Positions 55,499 to 64,000 of a stretch of DNA of 64,000 nucleotides are shown here, piece after piece; position 1 is the first letter of the stretch; each line of letters opens with the position of its first letter. This stretch comes from Lachnospiraceae bacterium (lineage in GTDB: Bacteria > Bacillota > Clostridia > Lachnospirales > Lachnospiraceae), in the NCBI GenBank assembly GCA_017480195.1, contig JAFVBE010000011.1, forward strand, positions 5,580 through 69,579, in the 5' to 3' direction. Made by a program: the position numbers and the translations under genes. The notes beneath the pieces are model-generated. The model worked only from the letters and a program-made list of their open reading frames with translations, had not been told where the DNA came from and did no database searches.

Positions 55499-58400
55499 TT
55501 AATTTGTAAGCAGACTGAAAAAGTCATATTGGTCGGTCTCGGGAAGTCCCTTTAAAAGTCCCAGGGAATCCATATCATCTAATATAGTCTTAGAGACCTT
55601 ACCACGATTACGCATATCATCCTTAGATGTGAAAACCTTCTCGTGTGCGGCTTCTTCTAACTGCTGCGCGGCTTTTTCGCCCATGCCGGCTATAGATGAA
55701 AAGCTCGGCATTATCTTGCCGTCTATTATCTGGAAGCGGTCTGCCTTCGCCTTGTATAAATCTATCGGCAGAAATTCTATACCGCGCGCATACATCTCCT
55801 GCACAATCCTCATATCCCTTATCGTAGAAGCTATCGTAGCAGTCATATCCTTCTTGTCGGTCTTTTGCAATCTGGCGAGATTTTCTTCTAACGCTTCCTT
55901 GCCCTGACACATCAGCTTATAGTCAAAGGCTGATGCCCTGATACTGAAAAATGCAGTATAATATTCGATAGGGTAATGTACCTTGTAATAAGCGATACGC
56001 CATGCCATCATAACATATGCTACAGCGTGTGCCTTCGGGAACATATACTTTATCTTCTCGCAGGAACCGATATACCATTCGGGTACATCATGGGCTCGCA
56101 TTTCTTCCTTCCACTCGCTCCATTCCTTGCATTTACCTTTGGCTACAACACCCTTACGTACCTTCTCCATAATGTTGAAAGCCATACCTGATTCAAGTCC
56201 TCTGTACATAAGATATACCATTATATCATCACGACAGCATATTGCTGAGGAAAGCTCACATGTTCCCTCCTGTATAAGTGTCTGCGCATTTCCCAGATAC
56301 ACATCTGTTCCATGTGAAAGTCCCGCGATACGCACAAGGTCAGAGAAAGCCTTCGGGTGCGTATCAATAAGCATCTGCATTGCAAAGTCCGTACCGAACT
56401 CAGGTACACCGAGTGTTCCAAGTTTGGTGCCACCAATATCCTCAGGCTTGATATTAAGCACCTCGGTGTTATGGAAAAGCGACATAACATCCTTATCATC
56501 AAGAGGTATAGTCTTTGCATCCTTACCTGTTAAGTCCTCTAACCTTCTGATCATGGTAGGATCGTCGTGTCCGAGTATATCAAGCTTAAGCAGATTATGA
56601 TCTATGGAATGGTATTCAAAATGTGTCGTAGTTACATCGGTGTTCATATCATTTGCCGGCTTCTGTATCGGTGTAAAGGAATATATTTCCTCGTTACGAG
56701 GAAGCACTATCATACCGCCCGGGTGCTGTCCCGTAGTTCTTTTAACACCTGTACAGCCAATGGCAAGACGCTCTATCTCAGCGTGTCTTTTCTCCACGCC
56801 TCTTTCTTTGAAGTAGTTATATACATATCCATATGCAGTCTTGTCTGCTACAGTACCGATTGTACCTGCCTTGAAGGCCTTACCCTTACCGAAAAGCTCC
56901 TCCGTATATGCGTGAGCCTTTGGCTGATATTCACCTGAGAAATTAAGGTCTATATCCGGTTCCTTATCGCCCTTAAATCCTAAGAAGGTCTCGAATGGTA
57001 TATCGTGTCCCTCCTTAATCATAGGAGTACCGCACTTAGGACAGTTCATATCCGGCATATCACAGCCCGACTGCCCCTCGTACTGCTTCACCGCATCAGA
57101 ATCAAAGTCTACAAAATGACAATGCGGACATATATAATGCGCAGGCAACGGATTAACCTCGGTTATACCTGCCATAGTCGCTACAAATGAGGAGCCGACC
57201 GAGCCTCTTGAACCTACCAGATAGCCGTCCTCATTAGATTTCCATACCAGCTTCTGAGCAATTATGTACATTACGGCAAAGCCGTTAGTAATTATAGAGT
57301 TCAATTCCTTCTCAAGTCTTTTTACAACTATATCAGGAAGCTCTGGACCATATATCTCGTGGGCCCTGTTATAACAAATTTCTCTTAAAGTTTCGTCTGA
57401 ATTTTCTATAATCGGCGGACATTTATCAGGTCTTACAGGAGAGATTTTCTCTATCATATCCGCTATCTTGTTCGTGTTGGTTATAACAACTTCCTTAGCA
57501 ACATCGCTTCCAAGATAAGAGAATTCCTCAAGCATCTCTTCGGTAGTTCTTAGATAAAGCGGTGCCTGACTATCTGCATCCTTGAAGCCCTGTCCGGCGA
57601 GTATTATCTTCCTGTATATCGCATCCTCAGGATCTAAGAAATGCACATCACAGGTTGCTACAACAGGCTTGTTAAACTGTCTGCCAAGCTCCACTATCTG
57701 CTTATTTATGTTCTCGATATCCTCTACGGAATTAACATTACTTATCTTCTCACTGTCTATCATGAACATGTTATTGCCTGTCGGCTGTATCTCATAGTAA
57801 TCATAGAAATTACACAGCCTCGTTATCTCATCTTCACCGGCACCGTTTAATACAGCCTGATAAAGCTCTCCCGCCTCGCAGGCAGAGCCGATTATAAGTC
57901 CTTCTCTGTACTTATTGATAAGGCTCTTAGGCATCCTCGGGCGCCTGTTAAAATAATTTATATGCGACTCTGAAATCAGACGATAGAGATTTACGCGCCC
58001 TATGTCATTCTTAACAAGTATTATGCCATGATGAGTTCTGGCTTTCTTGATTATGTCAGCAGATGCCGCTCCCATACTGTTAAGCTCTGCTATGGTTTCC
58101 ACACCCTTATCCTTAATCAGCTTGAGCATCTTTACGAAGATTTCTGCTGTCGCATAAGCATCGTCACAGGCTCTGTGGTGATTCTCCAGGGATACGCCGA
58201 ACTGCTTGCAAAGTCTGTCTAAGGTGTACTTTCCAAGCTCCGGTATAAGTATATGTGCTAATGTAAGTGTATCTAATATCGTATAATCAAATGGCAGTCC
58301 GAGTCTTCCTGCAAACTCTCTTATAAAGCCTGTATCGAAGCTTGCATTATGAGCAACGAGCGCCGCATCGCCTACATATTCCAGAAATTGCGGCAGGACG

Positions 58401-60022
58401 GTCTCTATGGTAGGAGCGTCAATTACCATACTGTCATTTATGGATGTAAGCTTGGTAATACTGTAAGGTATAGGTATCTCAGGGTTTATGAATTGGTTAT
58501 ATGTATCACATATAACTCCGTTCTTAACCCTTACTGCACCTATCTCAATTATCTTGTTATACCTCGGACTCAATCCTGTAGTCTCTATGTCGAATACAAC
58601 ATATTCAGAATCAAGATTTTGTCCCTTATCATTTACAACAAGATCCTTTAAATCATCTACGAAGTATCCTTCCACTCCATATATGATTTTGAAATCCTCA
58701 TCAGGTTTTATACAATGATTAGCTATAGGAAATGCCTGTACACAGCCATGGTCAGTAATAGCCACTGCTTTATGTCCCCATTCCTTAGCACGAGCAATTA
58801 CCTTCTCGATGTCCACTACACTATCCATCTCGCTCATAATCGTATGAAGATGAAGCTCGACTCTTTTATCTGCCGCCATATCCATACGCTTCTCTCTGAA
58901 ATCATTTATCGGCTTTATACCCGATATTGATGACACGGTTATTTCTCTGGCATAGGTATCGTACTGCGGAACTCCCTTTATGATATAAAAACCATCTATC
59001 TTTAAATCCTCAAGTAATGGATCCTTGTCCTCCGGTGCCACGAACACCTTAAAGCCTATGGTATCGTTAAAGTCAGTGATATTGCCACTTATAATGAACT
59101 TACCGCTTTTTAATTCTCTATCCTCAAGGCTTATAACCTGTCCATGTATACAGACCACTCCAACGCCATCATACAAATCGGAAATGGCTGATATATCCCC
59201 CTCACAGTTTCTGCCATAGATAACCTCAGGGTCTTCTTTGTAGCCTTTGCCGTATTCTGATTTATTCTTGTATGTACCTCTTCCTCCTGATGCTCTGTCA
59301 TTACGCTTAGCCGTCGGCTTAGTCTGCCCGATACCGGACTTTGAAGCAGGAGCTTTCCTGCCGGAGGATTCAGAACCCGATTTTTGCTTGTCAGAGCCGG
59401 TATCATCTGTTTTATCAGCAGGCTTTATCTTCGGTTTTAAATTTTCGTTTAATTCCTCTATCTGACGCAGAGTCTGCTTTAGAATCATTTCATTAGCATT
59501 CCTCAAGGTTGTCTTCTGCTCATCCGTATATGCAAAGCCAACCTTTACATCCATATCAAAGCGGTCTTTAAATGTATCCTCCAGATATTTTCTAATTTCC
59601 ATCGAACGACTTCTTGCTATCTCGCTGTCCTCCAAAGCAAGTGTTAGGACATTATCATCATTACATGTCCATTCTCCGTGTTTTAGAAATCTATAACATA
59701 CACGGCTTTCATTCTTAATCTCTTCCTGAAAGCTGTCTCTGTAAACATCTGTAATATTCTTTAGTCTGTATTGACCTGACAGGTTAAAATGCTCATCTAT
59801 GATGCAGCGTCCTTTGCCATCAGGGAATATGTATTTTGATATTTGTGACTCGGCTTTGTATATATCCTGCTTAAATATAAGATTAGTGCTAATTATGGAA
59901 ATAACCATCTTCTTCTCTTTCTCGAACATGGTTATACCTTTTATCTCAGTCTGTCTAATTAAGTCATCTATATCATCTGATAATTTCAAGCCGGGAAACA
60001 CTTCTTTAAATAATTTTCCCAT
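55499..60022 (-). CDS. polC: DNA polymerase III PolC
   Basis: PHP HLHT/TDHG, exonuclease DIETTG, GSRGSVGSS, PDIDLNF, YMFPKAHA; ATG overlaps the ispG stop (TAATG) with a GGAG RBS. Confidence 0.97.
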   Translation of the reverse strand: MGKLFKEVFPGLKLSDDIDDLIRQTEIKGITMFEKEKKMVISIISTNLIFKQDIYKAESQISKYIFPDGKGRCIIDEHFNLSGQYRLKNITDVYRDSFQEEIKNESRVCYRFLKHGEWTCNDDNVLTLALEDSEIARSRSMEIRKYLEDTFKDRFDMDVKVGFAYTDEQKTTLRNANEMILKQTLRQIEELNENLKPKIKPADKTDDTGSDKQKSGSESSGRKAPASKSGIGQTKPTAKRNDRASGGRGTYKNKSEYGKGYKEDPEVIYGRNCEGDISAISDLYDGVGVVCIHGQVISLEDRELKSGKFIISGNITDFNDTIGFKVFVAPEDKDPLLEDLKIDGFYIIKGVPQYDTYAREITVSSISGIKPINDFREKRMDMAADKRVELHLHTIMSEMDSVVDIEKVIARAKEWGHKAVAITDHGCVQAFPIANHCIKPDEDFKIIYGVEGYFVDDLKDLVVNDKGQNLDSEYVVFDIETTGLSPRYNKIIEIGAVRVKNGVICDTYNQFINPEIPIPYSITKLTSINDSMVIDAPTIETVLPQFLEYVGDAALVAHNASFDTGFIREFAGRLGLPFDYTILDTLTLAHILIPELGKYTLDRLCKQFGVSLENHHRACDDAYATAEIFVKMLKLIKDKGVETIAELNSMGAASADIIKKARTHHGIILVKNDIGRVNLYRLISESHINYFNRRPRMPKSLINKYREGLIIGSACEAGELYQAVLNGAGEDEITRLCNFYDYYEIQPTGNNMFMIDSEKISNVNSVEDIENINKQIVELGRQFNKPVVATCDVHFLDPEDAIYRKIILAGQGFKDADSQAPLYLRTTEEMLEEFSYLGSDVAKEVVITNTNKIADMIEKISPVRPDKCPPIIENSDETLREICYNRAHEIYGPELPDIVVKRLEKELNSIITNGFAVMYIIAQKLVWKSNEDGYLVGSRGSVGSSFVATMAGITEVNPLPAHYICPHCHFVDFDSDAVKQYEGQSGCDMPDMNCPKCGTPMIKEGHDIPFETFLGFKGDKEPDIDLNFSGEYQPKAHAYTEELFGKGKAFKAGTIGTVADKTAYGYVYNYFKERGVEKRHAEIERLAIGCTGVKRTTGQHPGGMIVLPRNEEIYSFTPIQKPANDMNTDVTTTHFEYHSIDHNLLKLDILGHDDPTMIRRLEDLTGKDAKTIPLDDKDVMSLFHNTEVLNIKPEDIGGTKLGTLGVPEFGTDFAMQMLIDTHPKAFSDLVRIAGLSHGTDVYLGNAQTLIQEGTCELSSAICCRDDIMVYLMYRGLESGMAFNIMEKVRKGVVAKGKCKEWSEWKEEMRAHDVPEWYIGSCEKIKYMFPKAHAVAYVMMAWRIAYYKVHYPIEYYTAFFSIRASAFDYKLMCQGKEALEENLARLQKTDKKDMTATIASTIRDMRIVQEMYARGIEFLPIDLYKAKADRFQIIDGKIMPSFSSIAGMGEKAAQQLEEAAHEKVFTSKDDMRNRGKVSKTILDDMDSLGLLKGLPETDQYDFFSLLTN

Positions 60023-61149
60023 TATGCTTTTCTCCGTTTCACTCCGGTCGGTGCATAACAGATGTCCACCGGACATCTTGCACCCTCCATATTGTCCAAC
60101 TCTTCCTTAAGAGCGCTAAGAAGCTGCTCCTGTGGAAGTTTCTTTATTATCTGCCCTTTCTTAAATAAAAGGCCTTCTCCGTCACCACCTGCTACACCAA
60201 GGTCTGCTTCTTTGGCTTCTCCCGGACCATTTACAGCACATCCCATAACCGCCACCTTGATATGCAGGTTATCATAATTCTGAATCAGCTTCTCGACATC
60301 ATTGGCAAGTCCTATCATATCTATCTTTGTCCTGCCACAAGTCGGACATGACACAAGCTCAATTCCATCGTTCTTAAGTCCTAATGTTCTTAGTATCGTC
60401 TTCGCTGAAATAACCTCTGACACAGGATTGCCTGTAAGCGATACACGGAGCGTATCGCCTATCCCTTGGTTAAGTATAAGCCCAAGTCCTATCGCTGATT
60501 TGATATTGCCGGCATTTACTGTGCCGGCCTCCGTAATGCCTACATGAAGAGGATATACGGTCTTATCGGCGATTATCTCATGTGCCTTTACGCACATCAT
60601 TACATCCGATGACTTAATACTTATAACAATATTATCATAATCGCATCGCTCTATCATACTAACCTTATCAAGAGCACTCTCTACTATGCCCTCTGCCGTC
60701 ACGCCGCCATACTTAGCTATAAGCTCCTTCTCCAGTGAACCGGAATTAACGCCTACTCTGATAGGGATATCTCTCTTTTTCGCTTCAAGAACAACCTTCT
60801 TAAGCTTCTCCTCTCCTCCGATATTGCCCGGATTTATCCTTATCTTATCAGCTCCATGCTCCATAGCGGTTATCGCAAGTCTGTAGTCGAAATGTATATC
60901 TGCAACTATCGGAATATGAATCTGTTCCTTAATTTTGTCAAAGCTTTCGGCAGCTTCCTTAGTATTTGCAGTAGATCGAATTATCTGACATCCCGCCTTC
61001 TCAAGCTCAAGTATCTGTCTAACTGTTGCGGTGATATCCGAAGTCTCCGTATTCGTCATGGACTGTATTGCTATGGGACTACCTCCACCGATAGTTACAT
61101 TTCCGATTTTTATCTTTTTTGTCTTCTCTCTGTATGTTAATTTATCCAT
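60022..61149 (-). CDS. ispG: HMBPP synthase IspG
   Basis: IQSMTNT, ADIHFD, RINPGN, CPTCGR, MGCAVNGPGEA. Confidence 0.97.
   Translation of the reverse strand: MDKLTYREKTKKIKIGNVTIGGGSPIAIQSMTNTETSDITATVRQILELEKAGCQIIRSTANTKEAAESFDKIKEQIHIPIVADIHFDYRLAITAMEHGADKIRINPGNIGGEEKLKKVVLEAKKRDIPIRVGVNSGSLEKELIAKYGGVTAEGIVESALDKVSMIERCDYDNIVISIKSSDVMMCVKAHEIIADKTVYPLHVGITEAGTVNAGNIKSAIGLGLILNQGIGDTLRVSLTGNPVSEVISAKTILRTLGLKNDGIELVSCPTCGRTKIDMIGLANDVEKLIQNYDNLHIKVAVMGCAVNGPGEAKEADLGVAGGDGEGLLFKKGQIIKKLPQEQLLSALKEELDNMEGARCPVDICYAPTGVKRRKA
60050..60084. repeat. Palindromic element inside the 3' end of ispG
   Basis: ggtgca..agatgtcc-acc-ggacatct-tgcacc. Confidence 0.65.
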
Positions 61150-61158
61150 TATCTCACC

Positions 61159-62211
61159 TTAGAAAAACACATTCTTAATATCATTGAATAATACAACCAC
61201 CATTAGCATAACAAGGATAACCACTCCTACCAGATTGACTATGGCTTCCTTCTCCTCCGGCAGCTTCTTGCGTCTTACCGCCTCAACGATAAGAAGCAGG
61301 AGCCTTCCACCATCTAAAGCAGGTATAGGCAAGAGATTCATAATGCCAAGGTTTACACTGAGCAATATACTCCAATTAAGCAGATTGAGGAATATATAAA
61401 GCGCAGCCTCGCTCTTGGTCTCACTTTCCTCCTTAACCTCCTCTATGACATCATTTATGGCACCGCCCACTCCTACAGGTCCCATTATGTCTCCGCTTTT
61501 TACTCCACCGGTGACTATGAGCCTTAGGCTTGTGACTGTCGCCTTAAACCAATATCTTACCTCATATGCAGAATAACTTATATTTTCTCCAACACCCTGT
61601 GGCTTAAAGTATCCCGAATATACTCCTATCTTATAATCGCCATTGGAATCCTGTCTTGGAATTACAGTGATATCTCTTATAGCTCCATCAGCCTTTTCAA
61701 CGGTAAATGTAATCGGATTGGCATTGTCATTAATAGCCATATATAATTGCAACTCGCGGAAGTTGTATATATTATCTCCATTTATCTTTACTATCGTGTC
61801 ACCCGCCTCAAGTCCTGCCTCATATGCCGCACTATTATCAACAATATTCGTAAGTGTAGGTTTATCAAAGCCATATAAGTGTATGAGAAGCATAGAGAAA
61901 ACAAAGGCAAGTATAATGTTGAATACAGGTCCTGCAAGAACTACCATCATCCTTACCCATACAGGTTTATTAGAGAATGCTCTCTCATCCTCAGACTTCT
62001 CTGTCTCTCCAAGCATCATACAGTAGCCGCCTATAGGAAGCAGTCTTAATGAATACTTGGTCTCCTTCTTCTGTGTCGAGAAAATAGCAGGTCCCATACC
62101 AATCGAGAATTCAGTAACCGCTATATGATTGAGTTTGGCAACTATAAAATGTCCAAACTCGTGAAAGGCTATGATAATTCCAAATATAAGTATTATCAAA
62201 ATAATGTTCAT
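61159..62211 (-). CDS. rseP: RIP metalloprotease RseP (M50, PDZ)
   Basis: HEFGH, NLLPIPALDGG. Confidence 0.95.
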   Translation of the reverse strand: MNIILIILIFGIIIAFHEFGHFIVAKLNHIAVTEFSIGMGPAIFSTQKKETKYSLRLLPIGGYCMMLGETEKSEDERAFSNKPVWVRMMVVLAGPVFNIILAFVFSMLLIHLYGFDKPTLTNIVDNSAAYEAGLEAGDTIVKINGDNIYNFRELQLYMAINDNANPITFTVEKADGAIRDITVIPRQDSNGDYKIGVYSGYFKPQGVGENISYSAYEVRYWFKATVTSLRLIVTGGVKSGDIMGPVGVGGAINDVIEEVKEESETKSEAALYIFLNLLNWSILLSVNLGIMNLLPIPALDGGRLLLLIVEAVRRKKLPEEKEAIVNLVGVVILVMLMVVVLFNDIKNVFF

Positions 62212-62276
62212 ATAAAACACCTCTTTTTAATTCATCTTATAACATCTGATTCGATATTTACTGATTTGACAAACAG

Positions 62277-63422
62277 TTAATTATATCTACTGTTAATCAA
62301 CTCATAAGTATTTTTCTCCGTCTCAATTATATCCTCTAAAGAAGGGTTATCTATAATACGATGCTTCTTCATACACATTTCTATAACATCATATATCTCT
62401 AAGAATCTAATCCTTCCCGCTATAAAGAGTGCTACAGCTCTCTCATTCGCTGCATTGAACACAGTAGGCATAGAACCGCCACATTCTAATGCATTATATG
62501 CAAAATCCAAGCCCTTGAATACATTTTTGTCGGGTTTATCTATTATTATTCCATTTAATGTAGCAAAGTCAAGCCTGTCTCCTGCTAAGTTTCTTCTCTC
62601 AGGATAATACAATGCATATTGTATCGGCAGCTTCATATCCGGTGTTCCAAGCTGTGCCTTGATTCCACCATCGGCAAATTCCACCATGGAATGAATTATA
62701 CTCTGTGGCTGTACTACAACCTCTATGTCGGCAGGTTGTACATCAAAGAGCCACCTTGCTTCTATAACCTCTAAACCCTTATTTACCATAGTAGCTGAAT
62801 CGACAGTTATCTTCTTGCCCATCGACCAATTAGGATGCTTAAGTGCGTCTTCAAGTGTTACCGACTCAAGCTCCTCCCTCGTCTTTCCTCTGAACGGTCC
62901 TCCCGAGGCGGTGATAAGAAGTCTGCTTATCTTATTATTCTCCTCACCATGAAGGCACTGGAATATCGCAGAATGTTCACTGTCCACAGGAAGTATGCGT
63001 ACATTTTTCTCACTTGCAAGCGGCATAATCAGGTGTCCTGCCGTAACGAGCGTCTCCTTGTTTGCAAGTGCTATATCCTTGCCTGCTTTTATGGCTTCTA
63101 TCGTAGGTCTTAGTCCTATCATACCTACTATGGCAGTTACCAGAATATCCGCACTAATATAAGTTGCCACCTCTATAAGTCCATCCATCCCCGATACTAT
63201 CCTTATGTTAAATTCAGACAAGGCAGTCTTAAGTTCTTTAGCCTTGTCCTCATCCCAAATTGCTATTATATCAGGTTTAAATTCTCTTGCCTGCTTCTCT
63301 AATAATGAGACATTGCTTCCTGCAGCAAGAGCTACCACATTCAAATCATCATTAGCTCTTACTATCTCTAAGGTCTGTGTACCTATCGAGCCTGTCGAGC
63401 CAATTATTGATATATTCTTCAA
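62277..63422 (-). CDS. dxr: 1-deoxy-D-xylulose-5-phosphate reductoisomerase
   Basis: GSTGSIG, LANKETLV, PVDSEH, HPNWSMG, NAANE. Confidence 0.97.
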   Translation of the reverse strand: MKNISIIGSTGSIGTQTLEIVRANDDLNVVALAAGSNVSLLEKQAREFKPDIIAIWDEDKAKELKTALSEFNIRIVSGMDGLIEVATYISADILVTAIVGMIGLRPTIEAIKAGKDIALANKETLVTAGHLIMPLASEKNVRILPVDSEHSAIFQCLHGEENNKISRLLITASGGPFRGKTREELESVTLEDALKHPNWSMGKKITVDSATMVNKGLEVIEARWLFDVQPADIEVVVQPQSIIHSMVEFADGGIKAQLGTPDMKLPIQYALYYPERRNLAGDRLDFATLNGIIIDKPDKNVFKGLDFAYNALECGGSMPTVFNAANERAVALFIAGRIRFLEIYDVIEMCMKKHRIIDNPSLEDIIETEKNTYELINSRYN

Positions 63423-63437
63423 GATTAATTCCTCCGA

Positions 63438-64000
63438 TTATTTAATCATCAGCATAATTAGATAATATATAACAGGTGCAGTAAATATTATACTGTCAAA
63501 CCTGTCAAGTATCCCCCCATGTCCGGGTATAAGCTTACTGTAATCCTTGATGTCGTTATTTCTTTTTATTGCTGATGCAGTAAGGTCTCCGATTACAGCA
63601 ACGATTGCTCCCAAGAAACCGATAATTGCAAATACTAAAATACTGTTATTAATTTCATATACATACTTATCAAGGAAATATCCATACACTCCACCGACTA
63701 TTGCCGCTCCGAACAGACCTCCGATAAGTCCTTCTACGCTCTTCTTCGGGCTAAGCTTCGGTGACATCTTATGCTTACCCATAGTCACTCCTGCGCAGTA
63801 GGCAAGTGTATCATTTACCCATGAGCATATAAATATCATAATAACGAGTATTCCACCATGCTTTAAAGTTCTTATCTCATAGACATAAGAGAGCATAAAT
63901 GCCACATAAAAAAATGAGAAAATAACTGCCATTATGTCCTTATCCGTATACTTAGGATAGGCGAATACATATATGCCGAGTATCACCAATATAGCTATTA
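63438..64000 (-). CDS. cdsA: Phosphatidate cytidylyltransferase (5' part outside window)
   Basis: SPKKSVEG, GDL..SAIKR..IKD, IPGHGGILDRFDS. Confidence 0.95.
   Translation of the reverse strand, partial: IAILVILGIYVFAYPKYTDKDIMAVIFSFFYVAFMLSYVYEIRTLKHGGILVIMIFICSWVNDTLAYCAGVTMGKHKMSPKLSPKKSVEGLIGGLFGAAIVGGVYGYFLDKYVYEINNSILVFAIIGFLGAIVAVIGDLTASAIKRNNDIKDYSKLIPGHGGILDRFDSIIFTAPVIYYLIMLMIK

Noticed and set aside
55252-55527. 91-aa ORF spanning the 37-bp palindrome
   Set aside because: Overlaps both flanking genes; open only because of the GC-rich repeat
261-63801. Many short ORFs antisense or out of frame to the called genes (e.g. 261-584, 31450-31974, 40061-40606, 56127-56600)
   Set aside because: Shadow ORFs fully overlapping well-supported genes; no recognisable motifs

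Overview
64 kb of a low-GC spore-forming Clostridia chromosome that looks Lachnospiraceae/Eubacterium-like from gene order and protein style (inference). Almost all genes are on the minus strand. Left (1-17.5 kb): conserved spo0A-spoIVB-recN-argR-nadK-tlyA-dxs-ispA-xseBA-nusB-asp23 block, the full spoIIIAA-AH operon, efp (inverted) and an Xaa-Pro peptidase. Centre (18-39 kb): a complete retractile type IVa pilus locus (MshEN-PilB, PilT, PilC, PilA, PilD, PilM-N fusion, extended PilO, four minor pilins of up to 959 aa) ending in a 2102-aa secreted DUF5057-like protein with no cell-wall anchor. Directly upstream and co-oriented (39-45 kb) is a lipid-linked glycosylation cassette (GtrB-like GT2, GT2, Wzx flippase, GT2, GT-C membrane transferase) with no polymerase. 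Right (45-64 kb): sigK without pro-peptide or skin, U32/O-MTase/short MltG/YlbF/rnj/DUF1292/ruvX/ireB, an AT-rich MBOAT+SGNH pair, a GT87-like gene, polC, ispG, rseP, dxr, cdsA. The best candidate for an undescribed system is the pilus + giant tip protein + glycosylation cassette. Other oddities: divergent sporulation proteins (Spo0A acidic pocket, SpoIIIAG lacking the barrel insert, spoIIIAB with no in-frame start) and three palindromic/structured elements. All family calls come from motif recognition only; no searches were run.
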